Positions 8,172 to 16,521 of a DNA stretch of 32,000 bases are shown piece by piece; position 1 is the stretch's first letter, and each line of letters starts with the position of its first letter. The stretch covers positions 420,001 through 452,000 of the forward strand of contig NZ_CP011304.1 of NCBI RefSeq assembly GCF_000981785.2. Reading direction: 5' to 3'. This stretch comes from Microcystis aeruginosa NIES-2549 (GTDB taxonomy: Bacteria > Cyanobacteriota > Cyanobacteriia > Cyanobacteriales > Microcystaceae). A program made the translations under genes and the position numbers. The notes beneath the pieces are model-generated. The model searched no databases. It saw nothing but the letters and a program-made list of their open reading frames with translations, and had not been told where the DNA came from.

Positions 8172-11100
8172 TTAGATAAAGAAATTACCCACTGGAATGC
8201 TCCCTAAAGCTGGTAAAGTGCCAGTAAATCCGGTGATATTTATTAATAAATCATTGCTGGATTGGAAGCCAGCCGCGCTATCATTAATAACGAGGTAAGT
8301 TCCAGCTATCGCACCGGTTGTTACCTGCACTAAGGCGGCACTACTAACCGCTAATCCTTGATTACCTGTAGTGGCTCCATTGGCATCAGTAAATACCTGA
8401 TTGACTAAATTGTCTAAAGTGGTAGTAGTGCTATCAGCAGCGCGACTGAAACTACTAGGCGCATTCATGGCGGTTCCACCTTGAGTTAATAAGTCGATTT
8501 TATCACTATTGATGGCAAAATCTGTGATACGATCGCTTGTTGATATGGTAGATTGGCCAAATTGGAAGATGAAAGTATCTGCACCTAAACCACCGGTTAA
8601 GGTATCGATTCCCGCACGTCCATTGATTTGATTATTGCCACTATTTCCGGTGATATTATTGTTACCAGCGTTACCTGTACCGTTAATATTATTACTGCCA
8701 ATTAGTCTGAGGTTTTCGACATTGTTGGGTAAGGTGCGAGTAAGACTGCTTTGCCAAGTATCAGTAATGATAACTTCTCCTATTCCTCCTTCGGGGTTAA
8801 TGGTAGCATTAACGGGATTTGACAGGGTTACTGTAAAAGCTTCATCAGGTTCATTGAGGTTATCATTGAGGATGGGAATGCTAATAGTAGCGGTGGCAGT
8901 ATTAGGTGCAATGGTGATAGTTCCGGTTTTGCTAGTGTAATCTACATTGGCGGTAGCATCAATGGGTGCAGTGGTATAGTTGAAGGTAATTGGTTGTGAA
9001 TTGGGGTTATCAACTGTGACGGTGAGGATGGCATTATTATCTTTACCTTCCACTACGGTGATGTCATTAATGGAGAGTTGCGAGGTGACACTGGTATCAT
9101 CATTATTAATTGTTCCCGTCACTGCGGTGGTCGTACCTATTGTATAACCTGTCCCAGAAGTAAGAGTTAAAGCAACAGTTTCATCATCTTCAACAGTTGT
9201 GTCAGCAGTGGGGTCAACTGTGACGGTAGCAGTGGATGAATTAGCTGCAAAGGTGACAGTATTGTTAGTCCCTGTACGAGTGTAGTCGGTATTAAGAGTC
9301 CCTGTCCCTCCGATGGTGTAATTGACGGTTAAAGGATTGATTGTTACTCCGCTACGAGTGAAGGTATAAACCAGATTTGTTGTCCCATCTTCGGTGACGC
9401 TTGCGGGGGAAACTGCAAGAGTAATACTAGGAAGGGTGACATCATCATTGGTAATTGTCCCCGTAACTGCGGTGGTCGTACCTATCGTATAACCTGTCCC
9501 TGAAGCGAGGGTTAAAATAACAGTTTCGTTACTTTCTACTATTGTGTCAGCAGTGGGATCAACGGTTACAGTCGCGGTCGCTGAATTAGCAGCGAAGGTG
9601 ACTGTATTGGTAGTCCCTGTACGAGTGTAATCGGTATTTAAAGTAGCTGTCCCTCCGAGGGTGTAATTAACCGTTAAAGGATTAGTGGTTACTCCAGTAC
9701 GAGTGAAGGTATAGACTAAGTTGGTTGTCCCATCTTCTGTCACACTTGCGGGAGAAACCGCAAGAGTAATACTGGGAAGGGTGACATCATCATTGGTAAT
9801 TGTTCCCGTCACTGGGGTGGTCGTACCTACTGTATAACCTGTCCCAGAAGCGAGGGTTAAAATAACAGTTTCGTTACTTTCTACTATTGTGTCAGCAGTG
9901 GGATCAACGGTTACAGTCGCGGTCGCTGAATTAGCAGCGAAGGTGACTGTATTGGTAGTCCCTGTACGAGTGTAGTCGGTATTGAGAGTCGCTGTTCCCC
10001 CGATGGTGTAATTGACGGTTAAAGGATTGATTGTTACTCCGCTACGAGTGAAGGTATAGAGTAAGTTGGTTGTCCCATCTTCGGTAACACTTGCGGGAGA
10101 AACTGCAAGAGTAATACTAGGAAGGGTGACATCATCATTGGTAATTGTCCCCGTAACTGCGGTGGTAGTCCCTACTGTATAACCTGTCCCAGAAGCAAGA
10201 GTTAAAGCAACAGTTTCATCACTTTCTACTGTTGTGTCAGCAGTGGGGTCAACGATTACGGTAGCTGTTGATAAACCAGCAGCAAAGGTGACTGTATTGG
10301 TAGTCCCTGTACGAGTGTAATCGGTATTAAGAGTAGCTGTCCCTCCCAGGGTGTAATTGACTGTTAAAGGATTAGTGGTTACTCCGCTACGAGTAAAGGT
10401 ATAAATGAGATTAGCTGTCCCGTCTTCGGTGACGCTTGCGGGAGCAACTGCAAGAGTAATACTAGGAAGGGTGACATCATCATTGGTAATTGTTCCCATC
10501 ACTGGAGTAGTCGTACCTATCGTATAACCTGTCCCTGAAGCGAGGGTTAAAATGACGGTTTCATCGGGTTCAACTGTTGTGTCAGCAGTGGGGTCAACTG
10601 TTACCGTCGCAGTGGATGAACCAGCAGCAAAGGTGACAGTATTGGTAGTCCCGGTACGAGTGTAATCGGTATTAAGAGTAGCTGTCCCTCCGAGGGTGTA
10701 ATTAACCGTTAAAGCATTTGTTGTTACTCCGCTACGAGTGAAGGTATAAACCAGATTTGTTGTCCCATCTTCGGTAACACTTGCGGGAGAAACTGCTAGG
10801 GTGACACTGGTATCATCATTATTAATTGTTCCCGTAACTGGAGTAGTCGTACCTACTGTATAACCTGTCCCCGCAGCAAGGGTTAAAATAACAGTTTCGT
10901 TACTTTCTACTATTGTGTCAGCAGTGGGGTCAACTGTTACGGTAGCAGTGGATGAACCAGCAGCAAAGGTGACTGTATTGTTAGTCCCGGTACGAGTGTA
11001 ATCGGTATTAAGAGTAGCTGTCCCTCCGAGGGTGTAATTGACTGTTAAAGGATTGGTTGTGGAACCGGTACGAGTAAAGGTATAGACTAAGTTAGTTGTC

Positions 11101-12392
11101 CCATCTTCTGTCACACTACTGGGAGCAACAGCAAGAGTGACACTTACAGGCAAATTGAAGGTAACAGGTACGCCCGTATCTGCCAAAATAGCGACATCGA
11201 GAGGTGATATGTAATACTTTTGACCAGAATAATATACTACGCCATTCATCAAATCAGAGATAAGATCCGACCCGGGACGAGGAGAATTGTTGCCTAAATG
11301 AGAGATGTTACCGTAGGTTAGAGGTACTGAAGAACCGTAAATACTCACGGCTTGACTGCCAGTGAAAAAGAAGTTTGTGCCGTCAAAGTAAGTTTTTTCA
11401 TCGAAGATAGATTGATAATTTCCCGGCATTGTTCCCGTAGTAGGGTTCATCCAGCCGCTGAAAGCGAAGGCATGACCTAATTCATGCATAAATACAGAAA
11501 CGGCATCGATTTTATTGTTGGGGACGATTCCCTCTCTCGTGAATGGATTACTATCAAACCAAAGTGTATTAATTAAATAATTAGGACTTAAGTTAATTTC
11601 TATATCTGGTTCATTCTCATTAGGATCAATTCCAGTTTTTATCTCGGCAGCTGCCCCTTGCTCGAATATGTTAAAAGTGCCATTATTTCTTACGAAAGAG
11701 GAAGTAACGCTTCTTCCAGTAGCAGTAGGGATATTATTGTTAAAATTAACAACCACTTCTAGATTAGCGTTTACTCCCCCGATATAGTTGTCCCAGAAAG
11801 AACCAGAGGCTTGTATGCTAGATTTTATGGCGGCATAGTAGGTAGAATAAGCATTTAGGGGATCGTTTATGGTGATATTAAAGTGGAGGTTATTGGTAGC
11901 CATCTGTTCAATCTGAATTTGCTGTCCATCAATCTCAACAATAGCAGTATCATTTTCTAATTTAAGCACTTGCAACTGCTGGCTAGATAAACTCTCTCCT
12001 GACACCAACTCCGCAAAAATTGCCCCCTCATCTCCCGCGCTATCCACCTGATTAATTTGAGCATCCACATAATGCCCAATTTCTTCTAAAATTACGTTAA
12101 TTATCGCTGCTGAGGAAGCCGTATTTAAAAAAGATGCTGATAGATAAATCTTATTGGTACTACTGGAATATGCACCATTCGCCGTCCCTAAAACCTCATC
12201 ACTGAGTACCTCAATCGGGGGAAGTTGACTAAAATTTCGGCTTCGCCACTGCTGTTGTAATTCCGTCGCCTTAACCACATCATAACTTGTGCCAAAAGCA
12301 GTTTCTAAATTCGCCCAAAAACCGTCAGATTGAGCGAAATTAAACAAAATATCGTAAACAGAAGGAAAGAACGGCAAAAGAGAAGAAGTCAT
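8172..12392 (-). CDS. Large secreted-type multidomain protein with an N-terminal EEIGH module, an HELGH metalloprotease-like domain, 6+1 Calx-beta domains, RTX calcium-binding repeats and a C-terminal tail
   Basis: HELGHAFAF is encoded around 11472-11486. Six repeats of about 115 aa have the form VTEDGTTNLVYTFTR...TVNYTLGGTATLNTDYT...DETV.LTL. One diverged Calx-beta domain contains DYTSKTGTITI...DEAFTVTL. The nonapeptide run is GNAGNNNITGNSGNNQINGRAGIDTLTGGLGADTFIF. Confidence 0.85.
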   Translation of the reverse strand: MTSSLLPFFPSVYDILFNFAQSDGFWANLETAFGTSYDVVKATELQQQWRSRNFSQLPPIEVLSDEVLGTANGAYSSSTNKIYLSASFLNTASSAAIINVILEEIGHYVDAQINQVDSAGDEGAIFAELVSGESLSSQQLQVLKLENDTAIVEIDGQQIQIEQMATNNLHFNITINDPLNAYSTYYAAIKSSIQASGSFWDNYIGGVNANLEVVVNFNNNIPTATGRSVTSSFVRNNGTFNIFEQGAAAEIKTGIDPNENEPDIEINLSPNYLINTLWFDSNPFTREGIVPNNKIDAVSVFMHELGHAFAFSGWMNPTTGTMPGNYQSIFDEKTYFDGTNFFFTGSQAVSIYGSSVPLTYGNISHLGNNSPRPGSDLISDLMNGVVYYSGQKYYISPLDVAILADTGVPVTFNLPVSVTLAVAPSSVTEDGTTNLVYTFTRTGSTTNPLTVNYTLGGTATLNTDYTRTGTNNTVTFAAGSSTATVTVDPTADTIVESNETVILTLAAGTGYTVGTTTPVTGTINNDDTSVTLAVSPASVTEDGTTNLVYTFTRSGVTTNALTVNYTLGGTATLNTDYTRTGTTNTVTFAAGSSTATVTVDPTADTTVEPDETVILTLASGTGYTIGTTTPVMGTITNDDVTLPSITLAVAPASVTEDGTANLIYTFTRSGVTTNPLTVNYTLGGTATLNTDYTRTGTTNTVTFAAGLSTATVIVDPTADTTVESDETVALTLASGTGYTVGTTTAVTGTITNDDVTLPSITLAVSPASVTEDGTTNLLYTFTRSGVTINPLTVNYTIGGTATLNTDYTRTGTTNTVTFAANSATATVTVDPTADTIVESNETVILTLASGTGYTVGTTTPVTGTITNDDVTLPSITLAVSPASVTEDGTTNLVYTFTRTGVTTNPLTVNYTLGGTATLNTDYTRTGTTNTVTFAANSATATVTVDPTADTIVESNETVILTLASGTGYTIGTTTAVTGTITNDDVTLPSITLAVSPASVTEDGTTNLVYTFTRSGVTINPLTVNYTIGGTGTLNTDYTRTGTNNTVTFAANSSTATVTVDPTADTTVEDDETVALTLTSGTGYTIGTTTAVTGTINNDDTSVTSQLSINDITVVEGKDNNAILTVTVDNPNSQPITFNYTTAPIDATANVDYTSKTGTITIAPNTATATISIPILNDNLNEPDEAFTVTLSNPVNATINPEGGIGEVIITDTWQSSLTRTLPNNVENLRLIGSNNINGTGNAGNNNITGNSGNNQINGRAGIDTLTGGLGADTFIFQFGQSTISTSDRITDFAINSDKIDLLTQGGTAMNAPSSFSRAADSTTTTLDNLVNQVFTDANGATTGNQGLAVSSAALVQVTTGAIAGTYLVINDSAAGFQSSNDLLINITGFTGTLPALGSIPVGNFFI
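9090..11147. repeat. Six tandem 345-bp (about 115-codon) near-identical intragenic repeats
   Basis: The motif gtgacatcatcattggtaattgt recurs at 9436, 9781, 10126 and 10471, an exact period of 345. Stretches of more than 100 nt are identical between neighbouring units, for example about 9540-9650 and about 9885-9995. Confidence 0.9.
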
Positions 12393-12546
12393 GACATTGA
12401 CAGCAAAAGTTTATTGCTAACAGTTTTAGCCTAACAATTGCCAATTTTTCAATACCCCTGTAACAGAAATTAATATTGATCGGGAAAACTGTATTTCTAA
12501 ATCATCAGTTTTTCTGAATATTGTCTCTCAATTCCCCCCTCACAAC

Positions 12547-13050
12547 TTAATCTAATTCATTTGCAGTTTGCAAAACCTCCTCATAAAGTTGATGACTGAT
12601 GCGAAAATTTGCTTGGCTAATTAGAGACTCCATTATCGGTTTAACCTTAGCAATCAATCCTCTATTTTTAGCGATTAAAAGAACTCCTAGAACCCCCGTA
12701 ATTGACAGGCCCAAACGCACAGCCTCTCTCCGTCCAAGACGCTCATCAATTAACAATTCATCTGCTTTTAATTCTAAGGCAAGAGCGATTGCTTCTGCTT
12801 CGCCAAGATCTAAATTATATTCATTCCTCAAACAAGCCACAAGTTCCAAATTAGTGGCTTGTTTAACCTGTATCCAGTTCAGAGAAATTATCGCTTTAAT
12901 GCGGATATCTTCCGCAGTTAAATTGGCCAATTCATTGGCAACTGCTTGGGGAATAACAACATTAGTATAAATATCTTTTAAGATTGACAGATAACCAACA
13001 AGAGCAAGACTGCTGAGAGGAGAAGTATCGCTAATAATAATCATAGCCAA
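12547..13050 (-). CDS. DUF3368 (PIN-like) putative toxin
   Basis: The N-terminus IIISDTSPLSSLALVGYLSILKDIYTNVVIPQAV is typical of DUF3368. 167 aa. Overlaps the upstream UPF0175 gene by 10 nt. Confidence 0.7.
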   Translation of the reverse strand: MAMIIISDTSPLSSLALVGYLSILKDIYTNVVIPQAVANELANLTAEDIRIKAIISLNWIQVKQATNLELVACLRNEYNLDLGEAEAIALALELKADELLIDERLGRREAVRLGLSITGVLGVLLIAKNRGLIAKVKPIMESLISQANFRISHQLYEEVLQTANELD

Positions 13051-13286
13051 CCTTTCTCTTTTAAATGCTTAATATCTTGCTGAAACTCAGCAACATCATA
13101 GTGAATACAAATTCCTCGTTCAGAAAGCATCCGTTGAAACTTGATTTGATTAATACCTAATAACTCACTTGCTTTTCCTAAGCTAATCTTATCTTGTTGG
13201 AATAACATAACAACAATTTCCTTCAACAGTTCATCCTCTGATAAACCACTTGCTTTAATCACTTCTTGGGAAATAACTAGAGTCAT
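13041..13286 (-). CDS. UPF0175-family putative antitoxin
   Basis: 81 aa. ...ELLKEIVVMLFQQDKISLGKASELLGI... is the typical UPF0175 HTH. Paired with DUF3368. Confidence 0.7.
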   Translation of the reverse strand: MTLVISQEVIKASGLSEDELLKEIVVMLFQQDKISLGKASELLGINQIKFQRMLSERGICIHYDVAEFQQDIKHLKEKGWL

Positions 13287-13370
13287 ATTTTCTCCGTATT
13301 TTGATAAGAATTATACAAATGCTATCCTATGTTTTGCGGTCTGTCAATTCCCTTTGGCAGACCTCACTTC

Positions 13371-13390
13371 TAACTGTTAACTGTTAACTG
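13371..13390. repeat. Tandem heptamer TAACTGT, about 3 copies (STRR-like)
   Basis: taactgt taactgt taactg, read directly in the intergenic region. Confidence 0.7.
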
Positions 13391-13454
13391 AAATTTCCTC
13401 TCCGAAGCAATCTTACCCCTTGTCATGGCGAAGATGCGATCGCTAACGTCAAAC

Positions 13455-14423
13455 CTAAGCAGTTAAAGTATTTAACCAATTGATTAAATCTTCAACCGTA
13501 GAGAAATCGAATAAAGCTTCTCCTAATACTTCAACATCATCAATACTTAACTGCATGATTTTAGTTTCCAATGAAGGATTAATCTCCCCTAACTTGCGTT
13601 TAAGTTGACGAAGAATCAATGTCTTTTCCCGTTCAATACCTTGTTCGATACCTTGTTCGATACCGCGTTCAATACCTTGTTCGATACCTTGTTCAATACC
13701 TTGACGCATCCAACTGGTGGTAATTTGCATAACTCCCTCCTGTACAGGTTGACTAAATGTGCTAATCTCTTCTTGAAATTGTCTCTCTTCCACTGGATTT
13801 AGATTGAGATATGTATCAATAAATCCGGAAATTAATTGCATTCTCGCTGGATCTAACCTTAAAGTTATTAACAAGCGCAGACATTCCGCTTTTACCTTGG
13901 CTCGCTCTTTCTCGGCAATGTTCATCTTCGCCATCAAAGCTGAAGCAACCGGATTCGGTTGATTGAGAAAATCTCGCCAATTTAATCGATTTAACTGCAC
14001 TACTTGATAGTTAAATTCTAATACCTTAAAATCGGGAAAATCGACCACATATTGACTAATCGCTTCTCTTTTTGGCTTTGAATAAGAAAAAATTACAATC
14101 GGATAAATCGGTAGGACAAATTTCTCATGAAAGCGAGCAAAATAAGTAAACATTCGCCGATTAAACCACTTTCGAGAACTTTCCTGCGCCTCCAGATGAA
14201 TCAGAAAAAAAGATTCTTTTCCTCGAAACTTAACCTGTGCGACTAAATCACTTTCATACCTTTCTCCTTCCGTGACATCAGTAAATACTTCTTTGTCTAA
14301 AAAAGTAATCGAGTCCCTATCTAAATAATCCATCAATTGAGGAAAAAATAACTCAATAAATTCGACAAAAAAGGTGGAGATTAACTCCTTAAATAAGCGG
14401 TCATGGTCAATATTATTAGTCAT
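13455..14423 (-). CDS. Rpn/YhgA-like PD-(D/E)xK nuclease (putative transposase) with a C-terminal DUF4351 domain
   Basis: The N-terminus DHDRLFKELISTFFVEFIELFFP and the core DLVAQVKF...FFLIHLEAQ fit the Rpn/YhgA-like family. The C-terminus LILRQLKRKLGEI...IDDVEVLGEALFDFSTVEDLINWL resembles DUF4351. Confidence 0.7.
   Translation of the reverse strand: MTNNIDHDRLFKELISTFFVEFIELFFPQLMDYLDRDSITFLDKEVFTDVTEGERYESDLVAQVKFRGKESFFLIHLEAQESSRKWFNRRMFTYFARFHEKFVLPIYPIVIFSYSKPKREAISQYVVDFPDFKVLEFNYQVVQLNRLNWRDFLNQPNPVASALMAKMNIAEKERAKVKAECLRLLITLRLDPARMQLISGFIDTYLNLNPVEERQFQEEISTFSQPVQEGVMQITTSWMRQGIEQGIEQGIERGIEQGIEQGIEREKTLILRQLKRKLGEINPSLETKIMQLSIDDVEVLGEALFDFSTVEDLINWLNTLTA
13632..13703. repeat. 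In-frame 12-nt microsatellite, six units (ttcRataccttg), encoding GIEQGIEQGIERGIEQGIEQGIER
   Basis: Read directly. The units begin at 13632, 13644, 13656, 13668, 13680 and 13692. Confidence 0.9.
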
Positions 14424-14566
14424 GTAATATCATCTTAACTAATCTGAGCGATGAATGACTACTCTTGTTTATTATATTCTGAAAAGTCGGTTTTGGCAAC
14501 GGATTGTTATGACCTCACCCCCTTAACCTACGAGGAGAGGGGGATGCTTCCCGCAAAAAACCCCAC

Positions 14567-14599
14567 AGAAAACGGGTTTCTTGAAGAAACCCGTTTTCT
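14567..14599. terminator. Palindromic element copy 3 (same 15-nt arms, loop tga)
   Basis: AGAAAACGGGTTTCT-tga-AGAAACCCGTTTTCT. Lies between the GT2 gene stop (14883) and the Rpn-like gene start (14423). Confidence 0.5.
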
Positions 14600-14605
14600 C
14601 GATAA

Positions 14606-14668
14606 GAAATTAATTACATTTTCGCTAGATTTAACCTTAAAGTAATTAACAAGCGCAGACATTCCGCT
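14606..14668 (-). pseudogene. 63-nt fragment of an Rpn/DUF4351 paralogue
   Basis: 58 of 63 nt are identical to 13828..13890 inside the neighbouring Rpn-like gene, in the same orientation. Both flanks are unrelated. Confidence 0.6.
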
Positions 14669-14882
14669 AACCGATCACAAAAAAAACTGGAGCGAGCGCT
14701 TTTCGCCACCCCAGTGCTGTCACGGAATTCAATTCTGTATCTAAATTAACACATTATTGGTAGCAAGCATGATTAAGGAAATTGGAAATTTTTCCCAAAG
14801 GGGTTTCCAAAGGCTGTAACCTTGACTGACAGGGGATTTCCGGCCTGATAAGGCCAAAGTTTTTGGAGTCTATCCTCGAAAA

Positions 14883-16310
14883 TTAAACTTCGGCCCTGAG
14901 ATGTTCCCCCAGATGAACGGTTTTCACCCATTTTAAACGTTTAGGACGCAAAGCCATCCGCAGGCTGACACTGGGAATAATAATAAACCAGTGCATCATA
15001 TAAATCATGCCGCGAATGGTTTGAGCAAGGATGTCCAAACCAAGAGCAAAAGTCAATTTTTTACCCGTATTAACTCGGATTAATCCTGTCACCATACCCC
15101 AGAGAGAAAGGGAAAGAGCCAAACCAGTTAAAGGAGTTAAAATCGGAGCTTGATGCTGGGTAATTGTGATTAAAAGATCGGGAATAGCGGCCGCAGGTAA
15201 GATATATTGAACGATCAAAAAAGCAATTAAATCAAACTTTTTTGGCCAAGGCATGGGAGACTTTAAAATTGCTTTCCAATAGTCGAGATAACGCTGAAAA
15301 CCACCTTCGGCCCAACGATTGCGCTGATGCCACAAAGCGATCGCAGTTGTCACCCCTTCTTCCGCTACTGCGGGAAAATTTAAGACATTAATTTTCCAAT
15401 TATCGATATGGAGACGAATAGTTAAATCAAGATCGTCGGTGATCGTTTGTTCATTCCAACCCCCGCAACGATTTAAGGCACTACGTCGGACAAATTGACC
15501 ATTTCCGCGCAATTCTCCGATCCCTCCCACTGCGATCCGTTGCTGTTGGAAACAACTATCAAAGATCATTTCTACCGCTTGTCCTTTTGTCCAGAAGTTT
15601 TCGGCAGCATTGGCGATCGCTTTTCGCACCTGTACCGCACCCACTTCTCGATCGTCGAACATCGGCACCACATGACGGAGTAAATCGGAGGATAATCCCG
15701 CATCCGCATCGAATACGCCGATAATTTCCCCGTTAGTTAGGGATAAAACCTGATTCAAGGCTCCGGATTTGCCACCTCCGGCATTAGCAGGACGATGGAG
15801 AATTTGTAATTGGGGATATTCTAGAGCCAGGCGATCGAGAATCGCCCCCGTGTTATCGGTGCTATAGTCATCGACGATCCAAACTTCTAATTTATCTTGG
15901 GGATAGTCTAGATGACAGAGATAATCAACCAGTTTCGTGATTACGGTTTCTTCATTTTTGGCCGCTACTAAGAGGGACACCCTGGGGACAGAGGCTAGAT
16001 CTTGATCCAGTAAAGGAATTGGCGGCGTTTCCGGTTTGGTGAACAGCAGCCGCAAAGCTTGCCCCGATAGTACCATAGTTAGGGCGATAATTGCCCAATA
16101 ACCCCAACTAAGCCAATGAAGTCCGATAATTATTGTCCAGATCGCCATGAGGCTAAAAGCCGCTTTCTGTCTGCGTCCCGATCGGCCTTGAAAAATTTCG
16201 CTCCTAAATTCGTCCTCCTCGTCTTCGGGATCGGACCAGTCAGATAGGAGGGAACCAATCGGGTCTAATTCTTCGTTATCATCCTCTCGCGACCAATAAT
16301 TTTCTGCCAT
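14883..16310 (-). CDS. Family-2 processive glycosyltransferase, membrane-bound; candidate monoglucosyldiacylglycerol synthase
   Basis: Motifs IVDDYSTDNT, GVFDADAG (DxD) and HQRNRWAEG (QxxRW). TM segments flank the catalytic domain. 475 aa. The specific MgdA assignment is inference. Confidence 0.75.
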   Translation of the reverse strand: MAENYWSREDDNEELDPIGSLLSDWSDPEDEEDEFRSEIFQGRSGRRQKAAFSLMAIWTIIIGLHWLSWGYWAIIALTMVLSGQALRLLFTKPETPPIPLLDQDLASVPRVSLLVAAKNEETVITKLVDYLCHLDYPQDKLEVWIVDDYSTDNTGAILDRLALEYPQLQILHRPANAGGGKSGALNQVLSLTNGEIIGVFDADAGLSSDLLRHVVPMFDDREVGAVQVRKAIANAAENFWTKGQAVEMIFDSCFQQQRIAVGGIGELRGNGQFVRRSALNRCGGWNEQTITDDLDLTIRLHIDNWKINVLNFPAVAEEGVTTAIALWHQRNRWAEGGFQRYLDYWKAILKSPMPWPKKFDLIAFLIVQYILPAAAIPDLLITITQHQAPILTPLTGLALSLSLWGMVTGLIRVNTGKKLTFALGLDILAQTIRGMIYMMHWFIIIPSVSLRMALRPKRLKWVKTVHLGEHLRAEV

Positions 16311-16521
16311 AATCGACTCAGGTTAAGTAACTGTTCAAGTAGACGCTTATTTCTTGCTTTATTTTACCGAAAATTGTTAAAATTTTTAACAGAATCTTAA
16401 GTTTTTTCGGGAAAGAAACCCTAGTTTTTCAGGCTATTGGTTTTTTTTGCCCGATAAATGCGCTTTTTCGGCTAAGATTGCTCTGTTTACATTCGTTGAG
16501 AAAATTTAACATTTATCCCCT

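Noticed and set aside
8635-8940. 101-aa plus-strand ORF inside the giant gene
   Set aside because: It is antisense to the RTX and Calx-beta coding sequence. Its product is repetitive and Leu/Pro/Val-rich, typical of a shadow ORF.
9090-11147. Possible CRISPR array or other non-coding repeat array
   Set aside because: The repeats are 345 bp long, contiguous with no spacers, and lie in a continuous reading frame encoding Calx-beta domains. They do not have CRISPR architecture. I saw no CRISPR-like array of 25-40-nt repeats with spacers anywhere in the window.
12599-12970. 123-aa plus-strand ORF
   Set aside because: It is antisense to the DUF3368 gene. Its product is Arg/Ser/Pro-rich with no motifs.
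14451-14645. 64-aa plus-strand ORF
   Set aside because: It runs straight through palindromic element copy 3 and into the Rpn-fragment scar. It has no motifs and is probably not coding.
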